Positions 9,949 to 22,791 of a DNA stretch of 36,506 nt are shown here, piece after piece (position 1 is the stretch's first letter; each line of letters begins with the position of its first letter). Made by a program: the position numbers and the translations under genes. The DNA lies in the NCBI GenBank assembly GCA_900617105.1, contig UYFQ01000027.1, forward strand, positions 62,001 to 98,506, in the 5' to 3' direction. This DNA is from Hydrurus foetidus. Taxonomy: Eukaryota. The notes below the pieces were generated by a model. It ran no database searches and was not told the origin of the DNA. It saw only the letters and a list, made by a program, of their open reading frames with translations.

Positions 9949-12900
9949 ATGACTGTAGACAATCGAACTCCGGGATTACAAGTTATACTTTGCCTCGCTT
10001 CGATATTCTTTGCCGATGGATATATAAAGGGACTCCAGTTAAACAAAGTGAAAGTACAATTGACAGATACCCAACCATCCAGTGTTATCCGACGTAACAT
10101 TTTACACAGCGAAGCTATCAGCAATCGTCCTTCGAGTACGTTACTAGCGAAACTTCCCGCAGTCCCAGCATCCCAAGAACAGCAGCACAGTTTTGATGCT
10201 GAAGAAAAATTGAACAATGCTAATCGCCCACTACCGCCGAAGAAGCTGGGATCGAGAAGCGAGAAAAGTAATTTCGTAGTGAATGGGGATGAAACTAAAG
10301 TCAGGAGGGACTTGGAAATTTTGCAAATGCAAGATCAGGTTCCAAGACAATCACAAGGCGGTACACTAGTTATCAAAGGAGCTGCCTACGATCAAAGCAC
10401 CTACTTATCCATACTCAGCCAACTGCTAGCAGAAAAAAAGATACGAAACTTCGCCGCGGCACTTAAATCTTTGGCTATGGGTGAGGGGAGTGTAAACATT
10501 AATTTGATTGAACTTGCAAAAGTTCTAGACAACATCGTAATGAAAGATCTGGACGCGTCTGCGACGTCCGATATCGTCTGGTCATTAGGGAAGATGAACT
10601 TCGTCGTTCAGAACTACGATCATAAGAATGTTCTCGTCGCATTGATGAACCGCTTCTGCCAATTGAAGCACTTGTCTCCCAGAGAGGTCACCACATCCTT
10701 GGTTAGTGCCCCTCCCCTGTTCATATGATAATGTCGTATCTATCGGTGTGATGGGCGGAGTACTCGCTGGTACAATATACCGTACCGTATCCGAAAGCTG
10801 CATGCACTCATCTTTGTTCCTCTATTCTGACATATCAGACTAGATTACTGCACTGCTAATGAGTCATACTGCATATTGTCTTATCTTGTTTTTTGCAGGT
10901 TGGATTTTCGAAACTGCGGTTCCGATGGAATTATTTGTCCGAGGAGAATCGGAAAGATTTGCTAATCGCAGTGCGTCAGGTCGCCTCCACTCTGAACGAC
11001 CGGGAAGTGGGCAATCTCTTGCATTCTCTGTCCAAGCTAGCCGTTCCATGGTCAGCTCTAACACCTAAGCTGCAGAACGATCTGTTGGAGAGTTTCATCC
11101 GAGTGTCTAAACTGCTCGTGTCTCAGCAAGGGTCGATGGCCATCTACTCGTTAGGACTGATGGGTGTCACGCTAGACAACGTCACCCCTGCAGTCAGAGA
11201 CCACATCTTCGTGGTCTCCATGAACGTGCTGGAGGAGAGCAAGGTGCATGTGGCGCGGTCCATCACACAGCAGGTCTCAAACGTCATCTACGGTCTCGCC
11301 AAGATGGGAGTGCGGTATAGGTCACTGCCTCCCAACGTAACCAGCGTCATCCAAGACGGCATCACCGCTACAATGACGACCATGAACGAACAAGAGATTT
11401 CAAACACAGTATACTCGTAAGTCAACCCATGTCACGTCACGTCATGTCATGTCATATCAGCTCCATGGCACTCTGCAGGAGTATTGAATCTATTCCACGG
11501 ATGACTTAAACATCCATTCTTCATATGTGTCACTCTTGTACGGATAGAAGAGAATTCTGATTGTCACACTCTTCAAATGAAGTCTCTCCTATCACTGACA
11601 TTCATTAATGACGCATGAGGAATGGTGACGACGTACTCATGTTGTCACTATTATCGCCACTGTACTGAATAATGACGTATGACGTACTTATGTTGTCACT
11701 GTACCGCAGACTGGGACTAATGGGGGCCAAATGGGCGGAGTTCCCCGTCAAAGTGCAGAGGTTGGTGAAGAGCACCATCGTGTACAACTTCAATAGAATG
11801 ATCACTCAGGTGAGATTATTATCTCGTATATAACTATTGGACGGATGTAGCATGATCTGCAATCCACTCTTCTCTGCTTCACTCTTCTATTTTGTGTTGC
11901 ATTGTTTTGCACGCCTCATACGTCATAGTCACAGTTTGTGTCGAACTGAGTCTGCTGTGCTTCTCGTTTGTCCGAACGGCTTGCCCTGTAGTGACGATCT
12001 CAGTTATCACAAGCTAATCTGATTATGCCATTGCTTTGCCGTGCAGCGCCGCCGTCGAGCACCAGAACCCTTTCAACTGTCTCTCCTCTTTTGCGTCCCT
12101 CGCCTCCTCTCTATTTCTCTCATTTGCCCCTCATTACTCTTCGTCTCCTCTCCTCCCCTTTCTTTTCTATCTAATCCCTCCCTCATTCCTTCTCCCCTTC
12201 CTCTCCTCTCTCTCTCACCCCTCCCTTCTTCTTCTCTGCTACAGGGAGTCTCGAACATAATATACGGGATGGGGCTGATGGAAGTCGACTGGGAGACCAT
12301 AGGAAGTGATTATACCGATGCCGCCCTTGCAGCTGTCATGACTTCTTTCGGATCAGATGGACAAAGAAGAGGTGGGGCAACTACCGTATCCTGTGTCCCG
12401 TGCTGTCTCATTTATCTTCCAAATTATGAGAAGCAACGAGAGAGAAGCAATGACATGGACAGAATAGGAAGAGATCCCGGGACTTTCTCGCCACTCTTCC
12501 TCATTAGCTCCACGCACTCCAATATCTTTAAGTCAACATCACATCACATCACGTCACATCAGATGACACAACATCACGTCACGTCTCATCAAATTACATC
12601 ACATCACACCACATCTCATCACATCACATCACGTCAGATCATCTCATATCACATCACACAACATCACGTCGCATCACATCAGATCACGTCACATCACCGT
12701 GACTCCTGCGAGACAGCACCATTTATGATTGGCAGCACCTTATCTTGATCGGGCACATCCCACTACAATTATCGTCACCGTTATAGCGCATTTGATTGAA
12801 GTTGAAGTACGATTTCGACTAATGAGGGGTGGAGGAATTCTTTATCCTCATGTAGGAATGCGTGACGTTGCTATGCCATCCAGCTGCCTCCTCCATGATG

Positions 12901-15900
12901 CCTCCCGAGATGTGCCTTTCGCCTTTTGACTTTAGACTGTCTGATTAACATGAACACTCTGGCTTCCATCAATTCTCTCTGACAGGGACGAACGGAGGAG
13001 GAGGCAACGCGCAAGCCTTGGCCAATGTGATCTACTCCCTAGGTGACACTGTCTGCCATCTATCTATCTATCTTCTATCTATCTATTTGTCTATTTATCT
13101 ATCTTCTATCTATCTATTTATGTATTTATCTATCTATCTATCTATTTATCTAACTATCTATCTATCCATCTATCTATCTATTTATCTTCTATCCATCTAT
13201 CTATTTATCTTCTATCTATCTATCTATTTATCTTCTATCCATCTATGTACTTTCTACGTATGTGTTTACGTGAAGTAAGCGAGAAGACTCGCTTCGCCAC
13301 TCTTCATTCTTCATTATCTGATTGATGCGTTCTGAGGAAATGATAGGACAAAATAAAATAGAATACTATGTGACACAATGAACCAGTTCCACTCTAACCT
13401 TTCCCGTATGTACGTGCGTGACATCTCATCACATTACCACCCTTCAGGAATTAGTGGCGCGACGTGGAAGGACTTCCCTGAGAAGACGAAGAACGTTGTG
13501 ACGAAAGCTCTGATGGAGTTCGGAAACGAAATGACGTCTCAAGAAGTGTCCAACTTCATATACGGGTAAGAAGAGAAGAAATGAGCAGAGAAGAGAAGAG
13601 AAGAGAAGAGAAGGGTTTAATTGAGTGGAGTTCAGTCAGTGGGCTTGATCGGAAGCTGTGCATGTGTGACTCCTCACGTACATCCCATGTGGCCAGTCAT
13701 TCCATTAGTTTGGTTCCTGACCAACTTAAAGCTTTGCCAGTGCCGTAAGAGGATAACTGAAAGTCCATTTTACTTCTATTACTCGTGGCATACCAATACA
13801 TGACATTCCCCTTCTCCCCTCCCTTCCCTTTCTCCCCTCCGTGTAGTATGGGCCTTCTTAGCGCGGACTACCACTCGCTGCCCCCCAACGCGATCCTGGC
13901 CATGGAGCACAACTACGACAGGTAGGTAGGTAGGTAGGTAGGGAAGACACTCTGACTCTGACTTTGTACAAGATTCGAAGCGACACTGCACTGCACTGCC
14001 CTGCATTGCCACAATGTGTGTGGCAACTGCATGTCGCGTCAGCCTCAGCGGCATATAGTACTCCATAGCATCTGCATGTCAATCGTCCTGTGCATATGGA
14101 CTTCTATTCGTAGATCGCAACTCTCTCTATATCTTAATCTTCCTCCCTCTCTTTCTTCCTATCTTTGTCTTTCAGTTTTTCTCTCTTTTCCACTTACTCT
14201 CTTTCTCTCCCACTCACAACAACGTCACAGGATGAAGCTGACGATGAACGAGCAGGAAGTATGCTCCACGCTGCACGGATACGCGAAGATGTCAGCGAAG
14301 TGGGACTACTTGTCGGACAACATGAGGAAGAACATGCTTATCAGCATCGCGTCCCTCGCATCTGTCGGTGCGCTCTGTCTGGCGTGCAGCATCTACTCCC
14401 TGGGCACCCTTGGAGCGTCTTGGGACCGACTGCCCACTCGCATCCGAGAGCTTTTCATGATCACAGCAGGTCAGCGCATGATGACGGACCAGACGATCAG
14501 CAATGTCATCTACGGCCTGTCCCTCCTCAAGGCGCCTTGGGCCGCTCTCGAACCAGAGTTCAGAGACGTTCTCATCAACAGTCTCGCTCAAAAAGACGCC
14601 TTCTCAGCCGATATCTCACAGGTAAGGAAGTTAGTTTTATTCTTTTTCACTTCACTTCACTTCAGTGATTGTTGCATTCAGTGTGTGCCGATTGGTGCAC
14701 TTGAAATCTCCCCTCTCCACTTCTCTATTGCTATTCACATTTCAATATTTCCCGGACCTGTTAGTCAGTTGATCATTTTGAATCGGCTATAAGGGCATCC
14801 ATGAAGTAATATTAGTGCGTGCATCCAGCCAATAGAAAGGATAAGGACTGATCTGCCGCTGTCTATGCAGTCAGGAGTAGCATTGAAATGTACATGGTTG
14901 CCAATTTTGTGATTTCAAGTCACATCGACCCAATTTGACAGTAGGCATCACATGATATCTCTGCACTTCACTTGCTCTTGTATCAGTACATCCCGCCCCA
15001 TCTCCCTCCTTCTCACTTTCACTCTCACTCTGTCTTTCTCGCCCTTTCTTTTTCCTTCCTCACTCACCCTATCTTTTTTTTCTTTCACTCTCTCTCTTTT
15101 CTTTTCTTTCGTCAGCACATCGCCAACACTATTTGGGGTCTCGCTAAGATGGACGCCTCCTGGGACCTTATACCGGGGGAGTCCCTGGAGACCGCCCTAT
15201 GCAGAGCTAACAAGTTCCTCACACCACAGGAGGTGAGAAACTTACACTGCTTTCTACTCTACGTCACAGAACCTCACTTGATAGCATCTACTCGATTTGA
15301 TTAATGTTATATGTCCTGCCTTCCCGTCTCCCTTTCATATTTGTGTCCTCTTATTAATCTTCTTCTTCACACTACACCACACCTCATTTTCTAAGTGACA
15401 GCATTCACTCGCTCTCTATATCTCTCTCCATTTCTTTTTACGTCATTCATTTTCTCTCTTTCTACCTTTACTCTACCTCTTCTTCTCCCTTTCTCCCTCT
15501 CTCTTTGGGTTTATCATGACATGCGCAGACCGCTAATATTTTTTATGGCTTGGCGGTGATGGATGCGGCCTGGGGCTCTCTGTCAGTGGAGACCCACTGT
15601 GTGCTGCGGGATGCCCTCAAACGCACCATCAACTCAATGACCGGCCAGGTGAGCAATGAAGAGTCTCATGCCCACACTGTGCTGATGTAGGCGGGCTTCA
15701 GCCTTCAGCCGTGATTTACAACAACCACTCTCTTTCTCTCTCACACACAAATACAAACACACACACACGAAGTTCATGAGGAGATCTGCGTTATTTTAAG
15801 TGACTACACGACATTGTCCATAGCAGCAAATAGCACTCGAAGAAATATCGAACCATCATCGCTTACACAACGACTCATGCATTCCACCACTTCTGCACAT

Positions 15901-17289
15901 AAACCATTCCTTAGGAAACTGCGAATGTGATGTATTCCCTCGCCCTGATGGTGTACGATGCGCCCTATGGCGGCCCTCCCTCCTCCATCCAGACCCCTGA
16001 AGGCCTTCGGAACTACAAGCGCTCCATGGATGCCCTGTGGGAAATACACAGATTGGTGCTGAATAACTTCAAATTTGTGGATCCTACTTCCTACGACAGA
16101 GAGAATTACGATCAGCACGGCATGTACTTCGAACTGATGAGAGTCATTCCAGGAGGCAACGAAGTCGTCATGGACATTGTAGGGAGACTGCCCCGCACAA
16201 CCGGTACGTCATGTGCGCTGGTCTCGCTCCCCCCTCCTACTATTCCCTATCTTGTCTTTTCTCCTTTATCTTGTCTTTCTTCTTTTTCCCTCTGTTTCCC
16301 ATCTTTTATTTTACTACCTGCCGACGGGAGAATTATCATACTCACCTCATCACGACAGCAGCGTTTATCAGCGCCAGCCTCAGATCACATCAGGTCATTC
16401 GGCATGCATCAGCTTTGAAACGCAACGTACTGTTGAAGACTGTGGTATTATCGAATATAAGGAAGGAGGTTGATAGGATGGAGGAGGGAGGAGATGACGG
16501 TAGAGAAAGAAGGAAAGGAATGATGAGTTGAATAAAGAAAAAGAAACGCTTCAAGCACACACTTCACACTAACGAAATCATCGACAATGTGCCAAATCAT
16601 ATCATCTTATCATCTTATCGCGCACCCCTCCCCCATCCCCCTCCCTCTTCTTTTCATCCACCACCTCAGGTCCATGCGGAGGAGTGCCGTCTCGACTGCA
16701 CGCAAACACGGTGCATGCAATGATGAGTAATCTAGCTAGCATAAGAAGCGGCTTCGATGTACTGCACGAGTTCTCAGGTGCGCTCTCCTCTGATCTCTTC
16801 TCTTCTCCTTCCCCTCTCTCTCTCTCTCGTGATTTCAGCTCCATCCCATACTGTCTTATTCCCTTTGTACACTTTTTGGACCACAGCAGATCTCTCATCG
16901 CAAGATATCACTCACGATTTCTTCACCTTTATCTCTCCTGCTATGCATCTCATTTTATTTCCCACTTTTTGGCTTTTGTCCCCTCAGGGCTGCACGGTGT
17001 TTTTCCCATCGACTCAGCGGTGTACTACAACGATGAACTTGTGGCTCTAGTGGAAATAGATGGAGAGTTCCACTACAAACAACTCGGACAGCTACTGCGC
17101 AGGAAAGACAGAATGAAGGAGTTTCTGTATAAGTACCACTACCCCTCCCTCCCTCTCTTTAGAATAAGATCGGACCAGTGTACGGTCATAGGGGTCAAGA
17201 GGGCGGGCAGTGAGCTTGCTAACTGGATATCTTCTCTAGTCTTCGCAAAAGAGCTCGACAAGACCGCTGAAACCAAACAAACTATTTGA
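9949..17289 (+). CDS. Helical-repeat (OPR/FASTK-like) RNA-binding protein with C-terminal RAP domain, 13 exons, about 1024 aa, probably plastid-targeted
   Basis: Exons 9949-10701, 10899-11416, 11710-11809, 12245-12371, 12986-13042, 13448-13565, 13847-13921, 14231-14621, 15116-15232, 15529-15648, 15915-16203, 16670-16777, 16988-17289; all GT-AG, phases consistent, 3075 nt in total. Repeats such as QQVSNVIYGLAKMG, EQEISNTVYSLGLMG, QHIANTIWGLAKM, PQETANIFYGLAVM. RAP motif FPID...LVEIDGEFHY...RRKDRMKEFLY. Hydrophobic N-terminus (VILCLASIFFADG-Y). Confidence 0.9.
12536..12697. repeat. Intronic (CATCA/CGTCA)n pentamer microsatellite
   Basis: acatcacatcacatcacgtcacatcag... Similar tracts occur in other introns at about 11430-11458 and 21090-21140. 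Confidence 0.9.
13058..13245. repeat. Intronic (TATC)n tetramer microsatellite
   Basis: atctatctatctatcttctatctatctatttgtctatttatctatc... inside intron 5 of the RAP-domain gene. Confidence 0.95.
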
Positions 17290-18089
17290 TTGATTCAGTT
17301 ACCGACATTAATTTTTATTTGTAAAATAACTGACACGCCTTGTATCCTACTATTTCCTTTTATCGAGGTGCTGCATCTCTATCAGAGCTAATCCGATCCA
17401 ATGCAGTCATAGTCGTTCATAATCAATTGAATTTTCGTATCATCTATTGAATGAATGACAATGTGCCATATCCGACCCACCCCATATTCTGCAGAGCAGA
17501 GCAGAACATAACAGCGCGCTCTGAAAGTATTCAGTGATTTCGACCATGATCAATAGAACGTATTACCACAACAGAGGTAAATTGCAAAATAATGGACGAT
17601 AAGTCATCGTTGGCAAGGGTCAGGGAAAGATTAGATGGTTGGATTGAAGAGTTATGTGGAGAAAAAACTTAGAGCAGTAGGGAAGAAATGGAATCGGTAC
17701 GGAGGGCAGAAATAGACAGGGCCATCAAGAAAGTATCAGAAGTAGGTGGAATGAGATAAATAGAAAGTTAGTAACCGAAAAACGTGACTTTGTGAGAAGC
17801 TTGAAGGTCCTATAGCATAGAAAAGTTCATTATACCTGCGGGAAACTGGACAGCAGCCCGAGCCTCAGGGCTAGCGACAACATATTGAAGGGTTGCAATC
17901 TCGTTTGTTAATGCCACATACATCGCATCCGATATCGATGACGTAACTCTCGTTGCTTCCACTCAAATTATTCCTTGATTAATTTCATCAATCTCACTTG
18001 TGATGGCATCCATGATTGAGTTATGATGCAATGGATGATGGATGATGGAGCTGCTAATGACTCAAAGAATTGTCGGATATTACGCACTA

Positions 18090-18680
18090 CCGTATTACGT
18101 ACACCTAATTCAAAATGGTACCCATTTACAGACATACTAAATCAATTAAAAATATACTTTAAAACTGAAAAAAATACTAAAACGTGTAATGTTCTACTAC
18201 AATATTCGTATAGTCAAATATGTGTAAGTTCTAATATTTTGATAAAAATTGTGCTAAAATAACGAAATAATACTATTTAGATGGATACCTGTGTGTCGGT
18301 TGTTGGAATGATAGATATCTTCCAATTTTGTTTCGTGCTACATCAGCAAATCAAGGCTTTTCTAACCCTATATATACTGATAGCTGTAATAATCTACTCA
18401 TTTCTTAACCCTAACCCTGACCGCCCCCTAGCCGTTCTAATCCAAACTGAAACCAGATGAAAAACGTTATGACTTCTGCGTGATCACCCAAAGTCCCCAT
18501 TATGACATTCCACAAAAAAAGTAGAAATAAAAGTGCAGCATCATAAAATTAGTATTGCGCACCAATTTAAGTACGACTTCCATGAAAAAGTAGGTCGATC
18601 TTTACTTCAGGGTGTAAAATCCATATTTTAGTACACAAGATCTATGTTATAGTATTTTTTCCAGATTTTAGTATGTCCAT
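18090..18680. mobile_element. Degenerate AT-rich non-autonomous element with subterminal inverted repeats and a CCCTAA-like core
   Basis: Starts TA|CCGTAT at 18088-18095. GACATACTAAA (18131) and CTGAAAAAAATACTA (about 18165) have inverted partners TTTAGTATGTC (18668) and TAGTATTTTTTCCAG (18650). Central CTAACCCTA / TTAACCCTAACCCTGACC at 18362-18422. Right boundary uncertain. Confidence 0.45.
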
Positions 18681-18843
18681 ATATTTGCCCGATTCAAAAT
18701 CTACCGACAGTATTCTCACAACTCACAACACTAGAACATTTCATAATTTGTCTTACGAGGTTTCAGTTACTCCTCCAGACTAAAGATAATGTCGCTCGAG
18801 GAATAATAAGCCCACCATAGTCATAAGCCTCCGTTAGTGACGA

Positions 18844-21696
18844 ATGGCAACTTCATTATTGCATTTTAGCTCGGGTGTGCTCGAATTCCACGAGCTGTTA
18901 CCCATCCAATCTCATGCATATCTTCGAAACGACAATAACTCAGAATTAAATGGGTCCCACCAGAGGGCAGAAGTGATTTCATACTCGTCAAAGCATTCGA
19001 ACAGGAGGATTATCGGCAACAAAGTTTGCCTGTTGATGGTACCATCATTTATGATTCCTTGTGAAATTTTGAGATACTTTCCATCGAAGTCTCTAGACAC
19101 GATCCTTTCTATGAAAATATTACGACATGCTGATGGCAATGATGACAAATACCTAGCATTTCTCGAGCTCGATAGTGAAGAAAGTGCGAGAAATCTAATA
19201 CGCGACTTCGATGGCCAACCGCTATCAACACTTGAGCAAGTAGCATGCGTCTTATATTCCATCAAGTCTGTTCATTTATCGACTGCTAATGACACCGACT
19301 CTGGGGGCGCCTTTATATACAAAAAGGACGTCGAAACTTCGCATGCATCTTTACTTGCTTCTTCGTCCTGTGCCGACAGCAGCGGCTCTACTTGCCGATT
19401 CTTGAGCTCCTCCCCTTCTTCATCTTCCTTTAAACTAAGATCAAGGTCACTCTCGATAACTTCATTCTCTGGAGGAGGAAACCCTTCATCGCCAAGTATT
19501 CCAAACACACATGGCATATGTACGACATTACTGGGCAACGACTGTATGCCGAACCTTTTAGCGGGAGATGACTCGCGCTTGGCAGGGGTGATGGACGAAA
19601 TGCATCCGAGTGAAGAAATCATCTGCCCTGTGTGTCTCGAAGTCATAAACAGCTCTTGCCCTCACAGCTTCACGACTGCCTGTCAGCACACGTATCACAT
19701 CGACTGTATCAGCAAATTGGAGGGTCCCCAGTGCCCTGTCTGCAGGTAATGGTGGACATCTTTTCTAGTATTATATTGTCAGCTGTTGCTGCTCGAGATA
19801 CTCACTTCTACGATGATTTAATGCACTAAAACGATACAATTCTACGGGCAATTAGCAATTCACTCAGTGTGTTGCTCTTAAAACTCTTCTGCCAAGGTTT
19901 CAGCACGACTCTGCGGTAGACTATTTGTCGTGCTGCTCTGAGTGCGGCTGGCAGGGACCGAGACCCACATCTGGAATCGGAATGGGATTAGGAACGGGGA
20001 CAGGACCTAGGCCTGGTAGGACGCAGACACGCGACCGAAGCCAAATTGAATTTGATGAGAGAGAAAGCGTGAATAATGGCAACTCTCCTGGTTGGCGTGC
20101 AGCCGATGACCTCTACATGGGAGCAGCGGGGAGTAGCAGAAGTGCCCGTCCTCCAGCACTGAGTAGAGACAGTTACAGCGAGAGCGAGTACGACAGCAAC
20201 TCCGGCTCTGGTTATGCGCCTCAAGGCACACACAGCGCACCCACAGAGCACAATGCTGCTGCTGATGAGTCGTGCGACCTGTGGGTGTGTCTCGTGTGTG
20301 GGTTCATAGGGTGCGGGTCCTCGCACTGCAACCATATCAGGGACCACTACGTACGACATCTGCATGCATACGCGATGAACACAGGTATTGCATTGCGACA
20401 GTCTGTGAGCGTATTCTATTCATGTATCATAAGCAACACTGTCAATACTTCGACCCAAACTCTCCATCCATTCATCTATCCACCCATCCATCCATCCATA
20501 TAAGAAAACAAAGGAGTATGGGATTTTGCTGGCGATGGATGGGTCCACAGACTTGTGCTGCATCAGTCAGACCCCACGGACCAGGGCAATGTTTGGAGTC
20601 CGAGTGGTGCAGAGGAAATGAGGAAAGACGAGGGGAAATTCGACAGTGGGCGGGATGTCGAGTTGTATGGAACAGGGTTGAGAACTGACCAGGATAGGGA
20701 CATGGACATAGACATCGATGGAGCTGAGTCATCAAATAGCCGGTATAAAAAGAAATCTTCAGGGGATAATTTGTCTGTCAGTCGAGGGGTGCACATGAAG
20801 TTGGTGGCGATACCGGACCCGGCTAGCCAAGGGGCCTATCGACCCAGGGACCGACCCCTGACTGACGGACAAGAAGAACTGGCAGTCAACAGGTAGGTGC
20901 GCCACTGGATTTGATGTTGGGTCGATGTTGGGCTGATGCGATGCGATCTCATGAGGGCTTGTCCATCCTGACATCTAATGTGTTAAGGGCAATTATGAGT
21001 GATCTCTAGTCCGCTGCCTGCCTCTGTGTATCTTGCTTCTGCTCTACGGCTCACGCTATGACGTCCTCCCATGCCATGTCCTGCATTTCTGTCACATCAA
21101 ATCACAGCACATCTCATCACACCATATCACATCACATCATTCAAAGGAAATTGGAATACGCCGCTCAGCACTACACTCGTATGGTTACGTGGCAGCTGCA
21201 GCACAACAGAGAGCAGCACGAATTACGACTGCAGAGACTACGCAACCTTATCAACTCAGAAACTTCAACCTGTCTTGAAGGTTCCGCAGGGAATGTTCCT
21301 GACAATGGGACAGGAAGTTGGACTGACAAGATCGTTCTTTTAGTGGCTCTGGAGAAGGCGAAATTGCTCAAGCAGAGGGAGGCAGCTAGAGGCAGACTGG
21401 CCAATGCGGAGAAGGAACTAGACGTCTTGAAGGCCCTGAACTTCAGTCTACTGAATAATCAGTCGGAGTGGCACAAACGGCTAGAAACGGCCAAAGGCAA
21501 TCTTCAGGTGTATCAAAACACCGTTATTAAAGCGGCTAATAAAGTGAGAATTCTGATGCAGAAGTTAGATGCGTCAGACCAGTCCAGTACAGCCCAATCA
21601 GAAGAAAAAGGCAAGGAGGATCATGGGTCCGGTAACTCTGTACGTGCGACTGCTCCATCATCGTCTAACAATATATTCGATAAGTCGTGTGGGTGA
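18844..21696 (+). CDS. BRAP: BRAP2/IMP/ETP1-like E3 ubiquitin ligase (BRAP2 RRM-like domain, RING-H2, ZnF-UBP, coiled coil), 4 exons, about 775 aa
   Basis: Exons 18844-19745, 19897-20384, 20505-20892, 21147-21696 (2328 nt). KYLAFLELDSEESA...FDGQPLSTLE (BRAP2 domain); RING CPVCLE..ACQHTYHIDC..CPVCR; ZnF-UBP DLWVCLVCGFIGC..HIRDHY..HAYAM; VWDFAGDGWVHRL. Confidence 0.92.
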
Positions 21697-22070
21697 ATCT
21701 CTTGCTCTGAAGTACAGTGCGTCACTGAGTTAAGATTTGATTTTTGTTTGGGGCTTAGGCTGTAGGAATGTCGACAACTATGTGTTGCATTCATAACGAA
21801 CATTCAGTTGCGTCTAGTCTTGTATTCACCAATACGGTGGATTAGACCATCACCCCGTTGTCTTGCTCTCAGCTCTCATGAGTACCGGGAAAGCAATTCT
21901 TAAGAATTACCGCGTAAGATTAATCGAATAAAATCATCGAACAATTTCATGACTACATTGCAGTATCTTTTGTTGCGGCGAATTACAGTCTGCTGACATC
22001 CTAGTCTCTGAAAGTGTCCACGAGGTGACTGCAGTACCGTAACTTCAACAAAGATTTGCCATACCAGTGG

Positions 22071-22757
22071 GCAACGAAACGTGATAGCCGACCCCGGCAA
22101 CCCTCCTAACTTGAAAATGCTTCAAATGCATTTTTGAAAATGTTGTAACTAGCAATTCGACTGCCTCTCATTCGCTTCTGGATTTTGAAATTTTCTTCAA
22201 GATGTGCCATGTTCTCAAATCGACAAATACAGGAAATGGCACTTCTTAAATTTCGCTGTCCAGATATTTTTAATACTTTCTAGATAGTGCATCGTGTACA
22301 GAATACTTTATTTAGTCATGAGCCTCGAGGGATTTATTTGAATCGCGATACTCATTGAGATGCCATGATTTATATGGTGAAATTTCAGTGATTTCTGCCA
22401 AGAAAACCGTAAAATATTCGTGGAATACGGAAATTTTCAGTGAAATTTCACCACATAAATCATGGCATCTCAATGAGTATCGCGATTCAAATAAATCCCT
22501 CGAGGCTCATGACTAAATAAAGTATTTTGTACACGATGCACTATCTAGAAAGTATTAAAAATATCTGGACAGCGAAATTTAAGAAGTGCCATTTCCTGTA
22601 TTTGTCGATTTGAGAACATGGCACATCTTGAAGAAAATTTCAAAATCCAGAAGCGAATGAGAGGCAGTCGAATTGCTAGTTACAACATTTTCAAAAATGC
22701 ATTTGAAGCATTTTCAAGTTAGGAGGGTTCCCGGGGTCGGCTATCACGTTTTGTTGC
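22071..22757. mobile_element. Foldback / long-TIR non-autonomous element: 321-bp inverted arms with 45-bp spacer
   Basis: 22071-22391 is the reverse complement of 22437-22757 with about 5 substitutions and no indels seen. No coding capacity. No clear TSD. Confidence 0.92.
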
Positions 22758-22791
22758 ATAGTTACCACGTTTCGTTGCCGGAAATAATTTA

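Noticed and set aside
12036..13278. ORFs rich in S/L/P, HHITSH or IYLS repeats
   Set aside because: These are read-throughs of intronic microsatellites; only 12245-12371 and 12986-13042 are exons of the RAP gene.
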